From the NCBI GenBank assembly GCA_032128875.1, contig JAVLKG010000009.1, positions 64,001 through 128,000 of the forward strand: 64,000 bases of DNA. The letters run 5' to 3'. The stretch is from Candidatus Melainabacteria bacterium 17Bon1m. GTDB lineage: Bacteria; Cyanobacteriota; Vampirovibrionia; Obscuribacterales; Obscuribacteraceae. Made by a program: the position numbers and the translations under genes. A model generated the notes under the pieces. That model did not search any database. It was not told the origin of the DNA and saw only the letters and a program-made list of their open reading frames with translations. Positions within the stretch are counted from its first letter, which is position 1. Each line of letters starts with the position of its first letter. This document shows, one piece after another, positions 1 through 10,480 of the stretch.

Positions 1-1688
1 TGGTCTGAATATTCAGGTTGAGCGTATGCTTGTTCTGCGCTGCCGTCTTCTGCGTATGCGGTGGCCGCTTGGTCGGGCGCTGCCTCGCTGTATGCTTCGG
101 CTTCAGGAGCGGCGGCTTGCGGTTGTGTGTATTCTGTATATTCTTGATACGCCTCCGCCGGTGGTGCCTCCGGTTCGGGGGCGGCGTATTCTGCTGCCGG
201 TTCAGGCTCTGGAGCAGCCGGTTGAGCGGGCTCGGGCTTCTTGGGAGGTGCGCCGAATTGCTGGTAGATGCCTGTCTCGACTTGGAAAGCCACAGGATCT
301 CCGCCGCTTTGCGGACGGATTGCTTGTGGGCGAATTTGCTGCGGTTGTCCACCACTTTTCACCGGTGGTGGCAAGAATGGCTGGCTGGGGGTGCCGATCG
401 GCATCCATGGTTGTTCGCTCGCTTCGGCTGCCGGTGCCGCATTTGCTGACGTGTCGTTGCCTGCTGCGGAGGCGGCGAATGCAGCTGCCGCCGCTTGCGC
501 CATATCCTGTACAGGTAATGCCGGTTGCTGTCCTGATGATGGTGCTGCGTTGTCGAACTTTCTAAAAGTGCCTGTATCCTCTACCGCCTTAAAGCCGGTC
601 ATAGACTGACGTGGTGACTGACCGAGCGGTGCCGGGCGTGGCATATCGATTGCCGGCGGTGTTGCTGGTGGTGGCGCATCGAATGCTGAAGTCGCTTGCG
701 GGAAATCAGGAACTTGCACCGGTGCATCAGGATTGAGGAAGGACGCGGCGGCTTGATCCATGCTGCCGGGCGCGGTCCATTGAGATGGTTGATTTGGAAA
801 TGGTATTTCTTGTGCAGGTGGCTGCCACGTTTCAGGTATTGCGGCTTCGGGCACTTGCGGCTCGACCCATTGAGTCGGGTCGGACCAACCGCTGCCTGCT
901 TCCACGCCTGCTTGTGGTGTTACATCTTCGTACTTCATTTGAGGCGGTGCCGAAGCCGCAGGCGATGCTGCAGCGCCTTCCGGACCCTGTCCCTCATTCG
1001 CGGCCACAGCCGGGTCACCAGGCAGTGGTTGGAAGCAAGTCTTCATCAGGACTTTATTTTTGTCTTCCTGGCGCCCTTCCGGAGCGAAAAGCAAATGGCA
1101 GACATTGCCGATATCGAGCACATGCTTCGTGGGCCCGCCTGTATTAATCGTCACGCCCAGGGCGGCAAGTAATGCTTGCGCTGGTTCCATCGCGCCAGTG
1201 TCGCCTGCTGCCAGGGTACGGCGCGAGCCGCCTTGCGTGTACTGAGTCGTGGCCATGGTGTCGAGCACCTGGGCTACTTGCGGATCGAGAGGTTGTGCGG
1301 TATTAGCTGCTACATATAAAAAGTCCCGACCATCCAAAATTGCTTTTCTTGCTTTTTCGAGCATCAACTGATCGACAAAGCGAGCATCGAATGCACTGGA
1401 TGTGATGTTGACTGCAAGCGGCTTGCCATCGGTAAAGTTGACGACAACAGACATATCTTTGACGCGATAGGTCTCGCCTTCATTGCCGGCTTCTTTCTTG
1501 CTGAACTGAGCCAACCCCGGCGGCGCGGCGATTGAATCCAGGCAGAAGATCAGCATGCCCGGAGCATACATCTTGCTCTCCTGAATCGCCCATTCTTCGG
1601 GCGTCTGGGGCTTGTTGGTACCATAACCGCGCAGGAAACCTTTTAGGTCCTGCAGGCGAATATGATGTTGTTTGAGCATCGAGTTCAT
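1..1688 (-). CDS. Hypothetical protein, N-terminal globular region plus long Pro/Ala/Gln/Glu-rich disordered region (partial, runs off window start)
   Basis: Not in the ORF track. Manual translation from ATG at 1688 (MNSMLKQHHIRLQDLKGFLRGYG...) stays open to base 1. AGGAAAG lies upstream, 14 bp after the previous stop. Confidence 0.85.
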   Translation of the reverse strand, partial: MNSMLKQHHIRLQDLKGFLRGYGTNKPQTPEEWAIQESKMYAPGMLIFCLDSIAAPPGLAQFSKKEAGNEGETYRVKDMSVVVNFTDGKPLAVNITSSAFDARFVDQLMLEKARKAILDGRDFLYVAANTAQPLDPQVAQVLDTMATTQYTQGGSRRTLAAGDTGAMEPAQALLAALGVTINTGGPTKHVLDIGNVCHLLFAPEGRQEDKNKVLMKTCFQPLPGDPAVAANEGQGPEGAAASPAASAPPQMKYEDVTPQAGVEAGSGWSDPTQWVEPQVPEAAIPETWQPPAQEIPFPNQPSQWTAPGSMDQAAASFLNPDAPVQVPDFPQATSAFDAPPPATPPAIDMPRPAPLGQSPRQSMTGFKAVEDTGTFRKFDNAAPSSGQQPALPVQDMAQAAAAAFAASAAGNDTSANAAPAAEASEQPWMPIGTPSQPFLPPPVKSGGQPQQIRPQAIRPQSGGDPVAFQVETGIYQQFGAPPKKPEPAQPAAPEPEPAAEYAAPEPEAPPAEAYQEYTEYTQPQAAAPEAEAYSEAAPDQAATAYAEDGSAEQAYAQPEYSD

Positions 1689-1702
1689 GTGCTAAGGCTT
1701 TC

Positions 1703-3127
1703 CTATTGGTTTTCGCGTTTTACGCGTCGGACGCGTGCCGACTCCTGACCTGGGTCGGGAGTGGCTGGTGTAGCAGCAGGTTCGGGGGGAGCAGGGGTTT
1801 TGCCGGCAGCGATCTCGATTTCATCGAGAGCATTCTTTTTATGTTGTGCCAGCTGGGTGAGGAAATTCTGGATGGAGCGTTGCAGTTCATCTGCTACCGC
1901 TTGCGCATCTGCCGTCATCTTGGTCTTCAGGCTTTCACCCATAGTGACGACTTCTCTTTCGGTGTCCTGGACAATTGTCTGGACACGATTGAGCGAGTCA
2001 TCTTTTAGCGTCATCAGTTTGCCTTCAAAAGTATCTCTGATGGTGTTGAGTTCGGTTTGAATGGTGGCAAAAATGGAGTCTTTCTCTGATTCTAGTTGTT
2101 CTCTTGAAGTCATTGTCTGCTTCATTTTGTCGTCGAGGCGCTTATTGAATTCGACCATTTGCGTATCGACTTGAGTGCGAATCTGCTCGCACTTCGCCTT
2201 GAGCGCTTCTTGAGCTTCGCCTGAAGCGACAACAAGAGCCGTTGACAGCTCTCTTGTTTCCTCTGTGAGTCTCATCGTGTTTGTTTCGTGCGTGCGACCC
2301 AAACCTTCCGTTACTGTAATTAGAGAATTCTTGAGGGTTTCAGCGTGCTCTGCAGATGTTTTTTCAAAGTCCCCTTTGAGATTTTGTTCGGTTTCTTTGC
2401 CGCGCGAATCAATTTCTCCCAGCACTCTTTCCATATCGCCGTCGAGAGCTTGCTCAGCATTTTGCGCTGCGGTCTCCAATGTTTTGTAATGAGCTTGCCC
2501 TTCAGCTTGGAGTTTTTGCATATGCTGAGAAAACTGCGTGTCAATGCCGGCTGCTCTCTGCATGTAGGTTTTGAACAAAGCACCGCTGAACTGTTTTTCA
2601 TCGCCTCTCGATTCCCAGAGGCAATGGTCCAATTTTTGCTGCAGTGAATTCATCACGAAAGTGCCGTGTGCTTTCAAATGCTTTGATGCGGAATTGTCTT
2701 GCTTTTCAATCTCCAGCTGCGACTCTTCGACGGATGCTTCAAATTCGTCTGTAGCTGTTTCGGAAATGAAATTGACTGACGCTTCATGGGTGCGCTTCAA
2801 TTCGACGATGGTTCCACGCAGTTTATCGGCAACCATTTTGAGGTCGCCATTTAAGACTTCAACATGCTTTTCGGTCTCTGTTATTTCTTCTTGCATCGTG
2901 TCTTTGATGCGCTGTACGATGCTATCCATAACTTTTCGCAAGTCTGCTTCAAACTCGGCGAAGCGCTCTTCAACCTTTCCGACAGCTTTCTCTTCGTCGC
3001 TGCGCCGGCCTTCGGCATGACTGTCAACGAGCTGTTTCAGCTTGGCTTTCAGTTCCGCCTCGAGCTCCGTCATCGACTTGGAGCCGCCATCGTAAACTTC
3101 CTGCAGATTCTTGCCGCCGAATGTCAT
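1703..3127 (-). CDS. Long coiled-coil / apolipoprotein-like helical protein
   Basis: 474-aa ORF rich in E/K/Q/L/A, proline only in the C-terminal tail, no TM segment. AGGAG RBS upstream. Confidence 0.85.
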   Translation of the reverse strand: MTFGGKNLQEVYDGGSKSMTELEAELKAKLKQLVDSHAEGRRSDEEKAVGKVEERFAEFEADLRKVMDSIVQRIKDTMQEEITETEKHVEVLNGDLKMVADKLRGTIVELKRTHEASVNFISETATDEFEASVEESQLEIEKQDNSASKHLKAHGTFVMNSLQQKLDHCLWESRGDEKQFSGALFKTYMQRAAGIDTQFSQHMQKLQAEGQAHYKTLETAAQNAEQALDGDMERVLGEIDSRGKETEQNLKGDFEKTSAEHAETLKNSLITVTEGLGRTHETNTMRLTEETRELSTALVVASGEAQEALKAKCEQIRTQVDTQMVEFNKRLDDKMKQTMTSREQLESEKDSIFATIQTELNTIRDTFEGKLMTLKDDSLNRVQTIVQDTEREVVTMGESLKTKMTADAQAVADELQRSIQNFLTQLAQHKKNALDEIEIAAGKTPAPPEPAATPATPDPGQESARVRRVKRENQ

Positions 3128-3182
3128 CTATCACTCCTTACTTCTTTATCGCAAATTCTGGCATCAATTCCGTCACGTTTCT

Positions 3183-4592
3183 CTAGTCGTCGCCTTCCAG
3201 GGAGAGCATGGCGCTGCGATAAGCTTTCACTGCCAGGGCTGCCGCTTTTCCGCGTTCGGAAATTTGCGGCAACTCGATATTCAAATCTGACAAACCATTA
3301 TTGAAGTTGCGCGTAACGCGATCCATTTCCTGATTCATCGTTTTTACTTGTTTTTCCATCGCCTCAACGGCGGCGTTCCTGATGTTTTCTATGCGCTCGT
3401 GATATCCGGCGCTCGAGCGCGAATACTCCGTCTCAATTTGTTCGACGTGGCGCTGGAATGACTTGATGACTTCATCGCCTCTGGCTTGCAGGCGCGATGA
3501 AAGCAATGTTCTCAATTCGCTCGTCGCAGCCGGTTTTGACCCGGAAGCCAAATTGCCTTCTTGCGCCAGAGCTGATTCATAACGCGAAAAGAGTCGGTCC
3601 ATGCGGTCGAAGTACTTCTTCTCCAGGCGTTTGAGAGAGCTGTAAAACAACTTGTGGCTGGCAGCGATCTTTGTAGATGCATCACCAGAAATATGTTCGA
3701 TTTCTTCGCGCACTTCCTGCGCTTTGCGATCGAGCTTCGTCTTGTGGACGCCCTCTTGTACTTCTTTGTCGGATTTGAGTTGCTCGGCGAATGTCGAATG
3801 AATTTCTTCCAGCGCTTTGCTGTATTCCTTCAAATTGGCAAAGAGGCGGTCGCGACCTTTTTCGGTGGCGGCGTCTACTTTCTGGCGACCCTCATGGGCT
3901 TTGTCTTTGAGGTCATCGCTGGCGGCCGTTACAGCATCTGTGAGATTGGTTATGACCGTTTGAATTTTGGTTTCGAACTGGCGGTTGTGCTCATCCAGCT
4001 TGTCTTCCACTGCGTGCTTGGACTCTTCGACAACCGATGAGATGCTGCGGTCAAATTCTTCGGCGCGCTCGGAGATGACCTTTTCCAGTCCTGATTCAGA
4101 TTCCTCTATTTTGTCTTTGCTGGCGCGTCCGATTTCTTTCACCACTTCCAATCTCGCATCGACGATTTCGTGCAAAATCGGTTTTGGCTCATTCATGTAG
4201 GATTTCAGCTCAGCAACTTGCTCTTCCACTAAGCGATTAATGGAATCGGTAGCCTGTTGGGCTTTTGCGTTGATTTGTTGGCGTATTTCTTTGGCTGTGG
4301 CGGTCAAAGTCTCAAGCTCTGTGCGCTCAAACTCCATCAACCGCTCGATAAACTCTTCTTTTTTGTTCGAAAGATCATCTACGTGACCGTCCAGCAAATT
4401 GCCGGATTGCTCGAAAAACTTCTTCAGGCGCCCCGCTAGAGCCTTTTCCAATCCTTCGGAATGCTCTTTGACTTGCGAAAGGCAGTCGCTGACTGTCCCT
4501 TCCAGCTCTTTGCTGGCTTTGTCCAGTGCCTCGATCATCAAATGCGCGGCAGAGCCAAAGTTCTCGGACTTGCCGGCCTCTTCGCTAGACAT
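3183..4592 (-). CDS. Long coiled-coil / apolipoprotein-like helical protein
   Basis: 469-aa ORF rich in E/K/A/L/S with amphipathic helical periodicity. AGGAG RBS upstream. Confidence 0.85.
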   Translation of the reverse strand: MSSEEAGKSENFGSAAHLMIEALDKASKELEGTVSDCLSQVKEHSEGLEKALAGRLKKFFEQSGNLLDGHVDDLSNKKEEFIERLMEFERTELETLTATAKEIRQQINAKAQQATDSINRLVEEQVAELKSYMNEPKPILHEIVDARLEVVKEIGRASKDKIEESESGLEKVISERAEEFDRSISSVVEESKHAVEDKLDEHNRQFETKIQTVITNLTDAVTAASDDLKDKAHEGRQKVDAATEKGRDRLFANLKEYSKALEEIHSTFAEQLKSDKEVQEGVHKTKLDRKAQEVREEIEHISGDASTKIAASHKLFYSSLKRLEKKYFDRMDRLFSRYESALAQEGNLASGSKPAATSELRTLLSSRLQARGDEVIKSFQRHVEQIETEYSRSSAGYHERIENIRNAAVEAMEKQVKTMNQEMDRVTRNFNNGLSDLNIELPQISERGKAAALAVKAYRSAMLSLEGDD

Positions 4593-4814
4593 GCATGCTC
4601 CTTCCCGAAAGGATTTCCAAGGGCTTACCCGCCCAAACGCCTACAAGGTTATGCCCCCTTTGAAAAATGACTAAGCATTTCTATAAACAAAGCTATGGCT
4701 GATAATTTCAGCCTTTTTAGGGCAGGGCACCCAGCACTTAAATATAACCGCTTGGCTGAACCGCTGGGGGCAACTAGCCTAGCGGGACAAGTATTTTCAC
4801 AACTGCCCGCGAAG

Positions 4815-4838
4815 CGTGGGGGCGCGTTGCACGCGTCC
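4815..4838. repeat. REP-like palindrome
   Basis: CGTGGGGGCGCGTTGCACGCGTCC, reverse-orientation near-copy of the 9023 and 58706 elements. Confidence 0.7.
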
Positions 4839-4969
4839 AAAATTCTCTAAGACCGAAAGCCCATAGCGTGCTCTCCAGTTTTCAAGCGAAGCTGGGAGCC
4901 AAGCTGTCGCTGCAGTGTGGAATCTGCTTTTGCCTTGGTTCTCGACTCAATTTTTAAAGGAGCTGTCGG

Positions 4970-6427
4970 CTATTTGCCGGCCTTTTCCATGTCACGGGCA
5001 GCTTTGCGCTCGATGCGGCTGATGGCAGCCATCGACGCTTCCATTACCGTTTCCGACAGTGTCGGGTGCGGGTGAATGGCAACGACGAGGTCTTCGAGCA
5101 CCGCGCCCATCTCAATGGCGACTACCGCTTCGGCAATCAATTCGCCGGCCCGAGGTCCGACCATGCCGATGCCCAATACCTGGGTGGTTTCGGGATCGTA
5201 GATGACTTTGGTTTGCCCGATCGGTTCTGCCAGAGTCATGGCGCGACCCGATGCAGACCATGGGAATTTCGCGGCGCCGACTTCCTTGCCCTGTGCTTTG
5301 GCTTCGGTTTCGGTAATGCCGGCCCAGGCGATTTCAGGCTCGGTGAAAACAACCGCAGGGATGGCGCGATTGTCGAATGCCGAGGAGCGTCCAGCCAAAA
5401 CTTCCGCAGCCACCATGCCCTGGCGCATGGCTCTGTGTGCCAGCATCGGCTGACCGCTGACGTCGCCGATTGCCAGGATTTTCTTATCGGACGTGCGGCA
5501 TTGCGCGTCGACAGTGACAAATCCTTGGGCGTCAATGGTGACTTGAGTGTTTTCCAGTCCGATATTGTCGGAGTTGGGACGTCGACCGACGGCAATCAAG
5601 ACTTTCTCGAAAGTCATTTTTTCTGGAACATCTTTGCCTTCGAGCGTGACTTCAACGCCGTTTTTGACTTCTTCCAGGCTAAGAACTTTAGTCGAAAGGA
5701 AGATGTTTTTGAACTTGCCTGACAGATGTGTTGCCAGCGGTTTGACCAAGTCGCGGTCAACGCCTGGCAAGAGTCCATCGGTCATTTCAACTACCGTTAC
5801 TTCTGCACCGAGTGCATCATATACGGTGCCCATTTCCAATCCTATATAACCGCCACCAACGACGAGTAATGATTTAGGAACGGCGTCCAGCGCAAGTGCG
5901 CCCGTTGAATCGACGATGCGCGAAGACTGTTGATCCTTCTCGCTCTTGAACAGTTTTGGAATTACTGTCGGTCTGGAGCCGGTGGCCAGAATGCAGTGCT
6001 TGAACTTGATGCGCATGGCGCTTTCGCCAGGGCAATCGACACGCAAGCTCTTCGAGTCATTGAACTTCGCTTGCCCATGAACGATTTCCACTCCGCCTGA
6101 TTTGCACATGCCTACGATGCCTTGTGCAAGTTTGTCGGTGACGGAAGTCTTCCATGTGCGCAATTCTTCGACGTTCAATTTCGGCTCTGCAAAGTGCAGA
6201 CCGAATTTGCTTGCGCCTTTTGCCGTGTTGATTACCTCTGCTGCGTGGAGCAATGCCTTAGAAGGAATACAGCCCATATGGAGGCAAACGCCGCCTGGCT
6301 TGGGCATGGCATCAACAAGAATAGTCTTGATTCCGAGTTCTGCTGCTCTCAATGCTGCGGTGTATCCGCCTGGTCCCGCGCCGAGTACGACGAGGTCAAC
6401 CTCTTGCACCATCTCGCCTACAACCAT
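4970..6427 (-). CDS. lpdA: Dihydrolipoyl dehydrogenase (E3)
   Basis: GAGPGGY FAD motif, GGVCLHMGCIPSK redox disulfide, GGGYIGLE NAD motif, HPHPTLSE C-terminal motif. Confidence 0.97.
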   Translation of the reverse strand: MVVGEMVQEVDLVVLGAGPGGYTAALRAAELGIKTILVDAMPKPGGVCLHMGCIPSKALLHAAEVINTAKGASKFGLHFAEPKLNVEELRTWKTSVTDKLAQGIVGMCKSGGVEIVHGQAKFNDSKSLRVDCPGESAMRIKFKHCILATGSRPTVIPKLFKSEKDQQSSRIVDSTGALALDAVPKSLLVVGGGYIGLEMGTVYDALGAEVTVVEMTDGLLPGVDRDLVKPLATHLSGKFKNIFLSTKVLSLEEVKNGVEVTLEGKDVPEKMTFEKVLIAVGRRPNSDNIGLENTQVTIDAQGFVTVDAQCRTSDKKILAIGDVSGQPMLAHRAMRQGMVAAEVLAGRSSAFDNRAIPAVVFTEPEIAWAGITETEAKAQGKEVGAAKFPWSASGRAMTLAEPIGQTKVIYDPETTQVLGIGMVGPRAGELIAEAVVAIEMGAVLEDLVVAIHPHPTLSETVMEASMAAISRIERKAARDMEKAGK

Positions 6428-6430
6428 TGT

Positions 6431-7849
6431 CTATGCCTCCAGAAGCAGTGTGAATGGGTCTTCGAGTCTTTCGATGATGTGGCGGACAAAGTATGCCGCT
6501 TCGGCACCATCGGCGATGCGGTGGTCGAAAGACAAAGCCAAAGGCATGATTGTGCCGATTTCGATTTTGCCCTGTCTGACTACCGGCTTGTCGGCTGCTC
6601 TCGCCATGCCGAGAATCGCGCACTCAGGATAATTGATCATTGGTGACATACTGGTTCCACCGATGGCACCGATATTGGTGATGGTGAAGGTTCCGCCTTG
6701 CAGGCGATCGAGTTCGATCTTGCCGCTGCGGGTCTTTTCAGCGATGTCTTTCAATTCGCGAGCCAATTCGATGATCGACTTTTGGTCGACGTTCTTAATT
6801 ACCGGGACGATCAATCCACGCTCGGTCGCCACTGCAATACCGATATTGAAGTAGTGCTTGAAGACGATCTCGCCATTCTTTTCATCAAGGCTGGCATTGA
6901 ATTGAGGAAATTTCTTCAATCCGCTCACCACAGCTTTCAGAGTCAACACTGTCAGTGTCAAACGTCCGCCTTGCTCGTTTACCTTCGGATCGTGCTTGAC
7001 TCTCAAAGGTTCAAACGATGTTACGTCAGCTTCGTCAAAGTGCGTGACGTGCGGAATACGCGACCAAGAGATAGTCATGTTTTCTGCAATCTTTCGTCTG
7101 ATTGATTTGAGTGGAACTCTCTCTACCGCACCGTATTTGGTGAAGTCAGGCAAATCAGCAGCCGGTAATCCGCCACCACCGCCGAGGTCAAGCGGCTTTC
7201 TTTCTCCGTTTGTGTCTCCGTACTTGTCCTTCAAAGAGCAAGGCGGGACGCCCGTTGCCTTTGCCGGAGCCGAAGACGTTTGAGCTGTGGAAGTCGATGA
7301 AGTAGAACTCTGTGCTGTTGATGTTTGATGTCCGCTTTGGAAATGTCCTTCCAATTTGCCTGCCGCATAGCTGCGAACGTCTTCGTTTAAAACACGTCCA
7401 GCCGGACCGGACCCAGGCACTTGAGTGAGGTCTATGCCCAATTCTCTTGCTAGTCTGCGAACCGCAGGTGCTGCCGGAACCTTGCCGTTACCAATAGTGG
7501 TGCCACCAGAAGAACGAGCTTGAGGTGAGGAACTTACACCTGCGCCGACTACTTGTTTTTGCTCAGCTTTAGCTTCGGCCTTCGCTTCTTCTTTCGCTGG
7601 AGCCTTGGCGCCATCAGTGATGAAGGACATCATCACTTGTCCTGTTTTTACCGTTTGTCCGGCTTGGACGTTGACCTTCTCTACGACGCCTGCCACCGGG
7701 CATGGTATCTCTACCACGGCCTTGTCTGTTTCGACTTCCAAGATCGGTTGGTCTTCTTTGACCGTTTCGCCCTCTTTCACTTTCACGGCGATTACTTCCG
7801 CTTCGTGAATGCCTTCTCCAAGGTCCGGTAGTTTGAACTCAACTGACAT
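6431..7849 (-). CDS. pdhC: Dihydrolipoamide acyltransferase (E2) with one lipoyl domain
   Basis: Lipoyl motif EVETDKA, subunit-binding domain PAVRRLARELGIDL, catalytic FDHRIADG. Confidence 0.93.
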   Translation of the reverse strand: MSVEFKLPDLGEGIHEAEVIAVKVKEGETVKEDQPILEVETDKAVVEIPCPVAGVVEKVNVQAGQTVKTGQVMMSFITDGAKAPAKEEAKAEAKAEQKQVVGAGVSSSPQARSSGGTTIGNGKVPAAPAVRRLARELGIDLTQVPGSGPAGRVLNEDVRSYAAGKLEGHFQSGHQTSTAQSSTSSTSTAQTSSAPAKATGVPPCSLKDKYGDTNGERKPLDLGGGGGLPAADLPDFTKYGAVERVPLKSIRRKIAENMTISWSRIPHVTHFDEADVTSFEPLRVKHDPKVNEQGGRLTLTVLTLKAVVSGLKKFPQFNASLDEKNGEIVFKHYFNIGIAVATERGLIVPVIKNVDQKSIIELARELKDIAEKTRSGKIELDRLQGGTFTITNIGAIGGTSMSPMINYPECAILGMARAADKPVVRQGKIEIGTIMPLALSFDHRIADGAEAAYFVRHIIERLEDPFTLLLEA

Positions 7850-7928
7850 TTAGCTTTGTCCTTTTCTGGTTGATTGTCCGTAAAACTGATGGTGAACCAA
7901 TTCTGAGTTGTTCTGAATAAAGCAGAAA

Positions 7929-7952
7929 GGGCGCATGCAATGCGCCCCCACG
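7929..7952. repeat. REP-like palindrome
   Basis: GGGCGCATGCAATGCGCCCCCACG between E1-beta and E2. Confidence 0.75.
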
Positions 7953-7966
7953 CTAATACTCAATGC

Positions 7967-8947
7967 TTAGAAACTCAATGTTGCTCTTGCTGCATTGAGC
8001 ACTTTGTCCGAATCCGGCAAGAAGGCTTGTTCCTTCGAGAAGTACGGGATCGGCACATCGTAGCCGGTGACGCGCACGACCGGTGCTTCCAGGTACATCA
8101 GAACCTTTTCATTGATTCTGGCGATAACCTCGGCAGCCAAGCCACAGGTACGAGGACCTTCGTGGATGACGACTGCACGCCCTGTCTTCTTGACCGACTC
8201 GATGATGGTGTCTGTATCGAGCGGGCAGATGGACAAGAGGTCGATTATTTCCGGTTTGACGCCGTCATCTTCTTCCAACGTTTCGGCAGCTTCGAGAGTT
8301 GCTCTCATGCTGGCGCCGTAGGAGATGAGGGTGATGTCCTTACCTTGCTTCACTACTTGTGCTTTGCCGATGGGCAGTGTTTCCATTGTTTCTGGAACGT
8401 CTTCGCGGAACAAGCGGTAGCATGCTTTTGGTTCGTAATAGATGACTGGATCCGGATCTTGGATAGCGCTGTGAAGCAGTGCTCTCGCGTTTCTCGGTCC
8501 AGATGGAATTACAACTTTCAAGCCTGGGGTGTGAGCGTAAATCGCTTCGCGGCTTTCAGAGTGGTGTTCCAACGCGCGAATGCCGCCGCCGTAAGGAGCG
8601 CGCATTACCATCGGCACTGTCAGTCTGCCGCGGGTGCGGTTTCTGAAACGTGCTGCGTGGCTTTCCAGTTGGTGATAGTTGTAATAGTCGAATCCTGAGA
8701 ACTGAATCTCGCAGACCGGCTTCATACCGTAGATTGCCATGCCGATTGCTGTGCCGATGATGCCGGACTCAGCAAGCGGTGTGTCGATGACGCGGTCGCC
8801 GCCGAACTTGGCAAACAGACCTTCGGTAATACGGAAAACGCCTTCATCAGGACCGACGTCTTCGCCCATTACGATGACTTTGGGGTCTTTGGTCATGGCT
8901 TCCAGAAGTGCGAGGTTAATCGCCTTAGCCATATTCATCTCAACCAT
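7967..8947 (-). CDS. pdhB: 2-oxoacid (pyruvate-type) dehydrogenase E1 beta subunit
   Basis: GEDVG, DTPLAESGIIG, EIQF and EHHSES motifs; operon context. Confidence 0.93.
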   Translation of the reverse strand: MVEMNMAKAINLALLEAMTKDPKVIVMGEDVGPDEGVFRITEGLFAKFGGDRVIDTPLAESGIIGTAIGMAIYGMKPVCEIQFSGFDYYNYHQLESHAARFRNRTRGRLTVPMVMRAPYGGGIRALEHHSESREAIYAHTPGLKVVIPSGPRNARALLHSAIQDPDPVIYYEPKACYRLFREDVPETMETLPIGKAQVVKQGKDITLISYGASMRATLEAAETLEEDDGVKPEIIDLLSICPLDTDTIIESVKKTGRAVVIHEGPRTCGLAAEVIARINEKVLMYLEAPVVRVTGYDVPIPYFSKEQAFLPDSDKVLNAARATLSF

Positions 8948-9022
8948 TTTGAATCTCTCCTAATTGAAAACTGCAGGGGAAAAGCTTTTGCCTGGGAGCG
9001 CCGGCGGCTCGCCGGCATATTA

Positions 9023-9045
9023 GGCGCGTGCAACGCGCCCCCACG
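9023..9045. repeat. REP-like palindrome
   Basis: GGCGCGTGCAACGCGCCCCCACG between E1-alpha and E1-beta, preceded by a second GC hairpin GCCGGCGGCTCGCCGGC. Confidence 0.75.
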
Positions 9046-9051
9046 AGCTCG

Positions 9052-10224
9052 CTACTTGCGAGAACTCGCCGGTGCCTTGGTGCTCTTCTTCTGAGGATTG
9101 GACCAATCTTTTCCTTTGGTTTTGAAATGGTCGCGCAGTTCGTCTTTCTGCTCTTGCAGGTAAGGCGGGATATCTTCGAACAAGTGATCAAACATCGCTA
9201 GCGGGTTGAGCAACTCTTCCGATTTGAACATCTCTTCGGCGTTTGCAACCGCTGCTTTGATTTGGGTGTCGATTTCTTCTTCGAGAGCAGCGAGCTGTTT
9301 CTCGTTCATGACGCCCTTTTGTTGGAGGTATTTGGCAAAACGCGGCAGCGAATCACGCAAGACCCACTCTTTGGTTTGCTCTTCGTCGCGGTAGCGCTTC
9401 GGATCGTCAGCCGTGGTGTGCGGGGTGACGCGATAGGTGAGGCACTCGATCAGTGTCGGACCTTCGCCGCGGCGAGCGCGGTCAACGGCTTCTTTGGCTG
9501 CTTGATAAACAGCGAGCACATCATTGCCATCTACCTTGATGCCTGGGATGCCGTAAGCAACGGCGCGTTGTGCGATGGTTTCGTTTCTCATCTGCTTGGA
9601 GAGCGGAACCGAAATTGCATATTGATTGTTCAAGCACATGAACACAACCGGCGCATTGAATACCGCTGCGAAGTTGAGTGCTTCGTGGCAGTCGCCTTCA
9701 GAAGAAGCGCCGTCGCCGAAGTAAGTCATTACAACTTTCTTCTCTTTCTTCTTGTCGCCGCCTTCTCTTTCTTCGATGTTCATTGCCATGCCAATACCGG
9801 CAGCATGGAGCAATTGTGTAGCGATAGGTACGCAAACCGGCAAGTCATTAACGCCTTCGGGCGGGCTGGCACCTTCTTCGAAGCCATTCCAGTAAAGAAG
9901 AATATGCTCAAGCGGCCAACCGCGGTACAGCAACCCTGCCAATTCCCGGTACGCCGGCACATGCCAGTCGTCTTTATTGATATTGAAGATTGAGCCCATC
10001 GAGATGGCTTCGTGTCCAGAGGACTGCGGGAAGGTTCCGCAACGACCCTGGCGCTGCATGAGGAGCATCCGCTCATCGGTGCGGCGTGCGAGCAGCATGT
10101 ACCGATACATCTCGATCAAACCCTTCGGGTCGATCTTCGGCTCAAGTGCCTTGTCGAGTTCGCCATGCTCGTTGAGGATGGACAAATACTCAATTTTGGG
10201 CAGTTCGATTGGTGTTCTGGGCAT
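9052..10224 (-). CDS. pdhA: 2-oxoacid (pyruvate-type) dehydrogenase E1 alpha subunit
   Basis: TPP motif GDGASSEG...NNQYAIS and HTTADDP..YR loop. Pyruvate versus branched-chain specificity cannot be fixed from sequence alone. Confidence 0.9.
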   Translation of the reverse strand: MPRTPIELPKIEYLSILNEHGELDKALEPKIDPKGLIEMYRYMLLARRTDERMLLMQRQGRCGTFPQSSGHEAISMGSIFNINKDDWHVPAYRELAGLLYRGWPLEHILLYWNGFEEGASPPEGVNDLPVCVPIATQLLHAAGIGMAMNIEEREGGDKKKEKKVVMTYFGDGASSEGDCHEALNFAAVFNAPVVFMCLNNQYAISVPLSKQMRNETIAQRAVAYGIPGIKVDGNDVLAVYQAAKEAVDRARRGEGPTLIECLTYRVTPHTTADDPKRYRDEEQTKEWVLRDSLPRFAKYLQQKGVMNEKQLAALEEEIDTQIKAAVANAEEMFKSEELLNPLAMFDHLFEDIPPYLQEQKDELRDHFKTKGKDWSNPQKKSTKAPASSRK

Positions 10225-10480
10225 GGTCTTTCTACCGCGTCCTTATGCTGTAGCCGGGGTCACATTTATTACGGTCAACCTTGAAGTCGTTTAATGACGG
10301 CATCTCTAGCCTGAAAGCTGCTAGAATTCCGCCTGCTTGACGATCCTCACTTAGACATCTAGCCTAAGGCCTAGAAGTATGTCATATAGAGGACCGCCGC
10401 CGCAATAAAATGGCGCGTGAAGAAAAGGCTAAGAACGCTGTTTCTGAGCGGAAACTTGAACGAAAGATAAAGGCGCGATT

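Noticed and set aside
18-1245. Several plus-strand ORFs of 60-180 aa
   Set aside because: They are antisense shadows of the minus-strand CDS 1..1688, which the ORF track missed because it has no stop inside the window.
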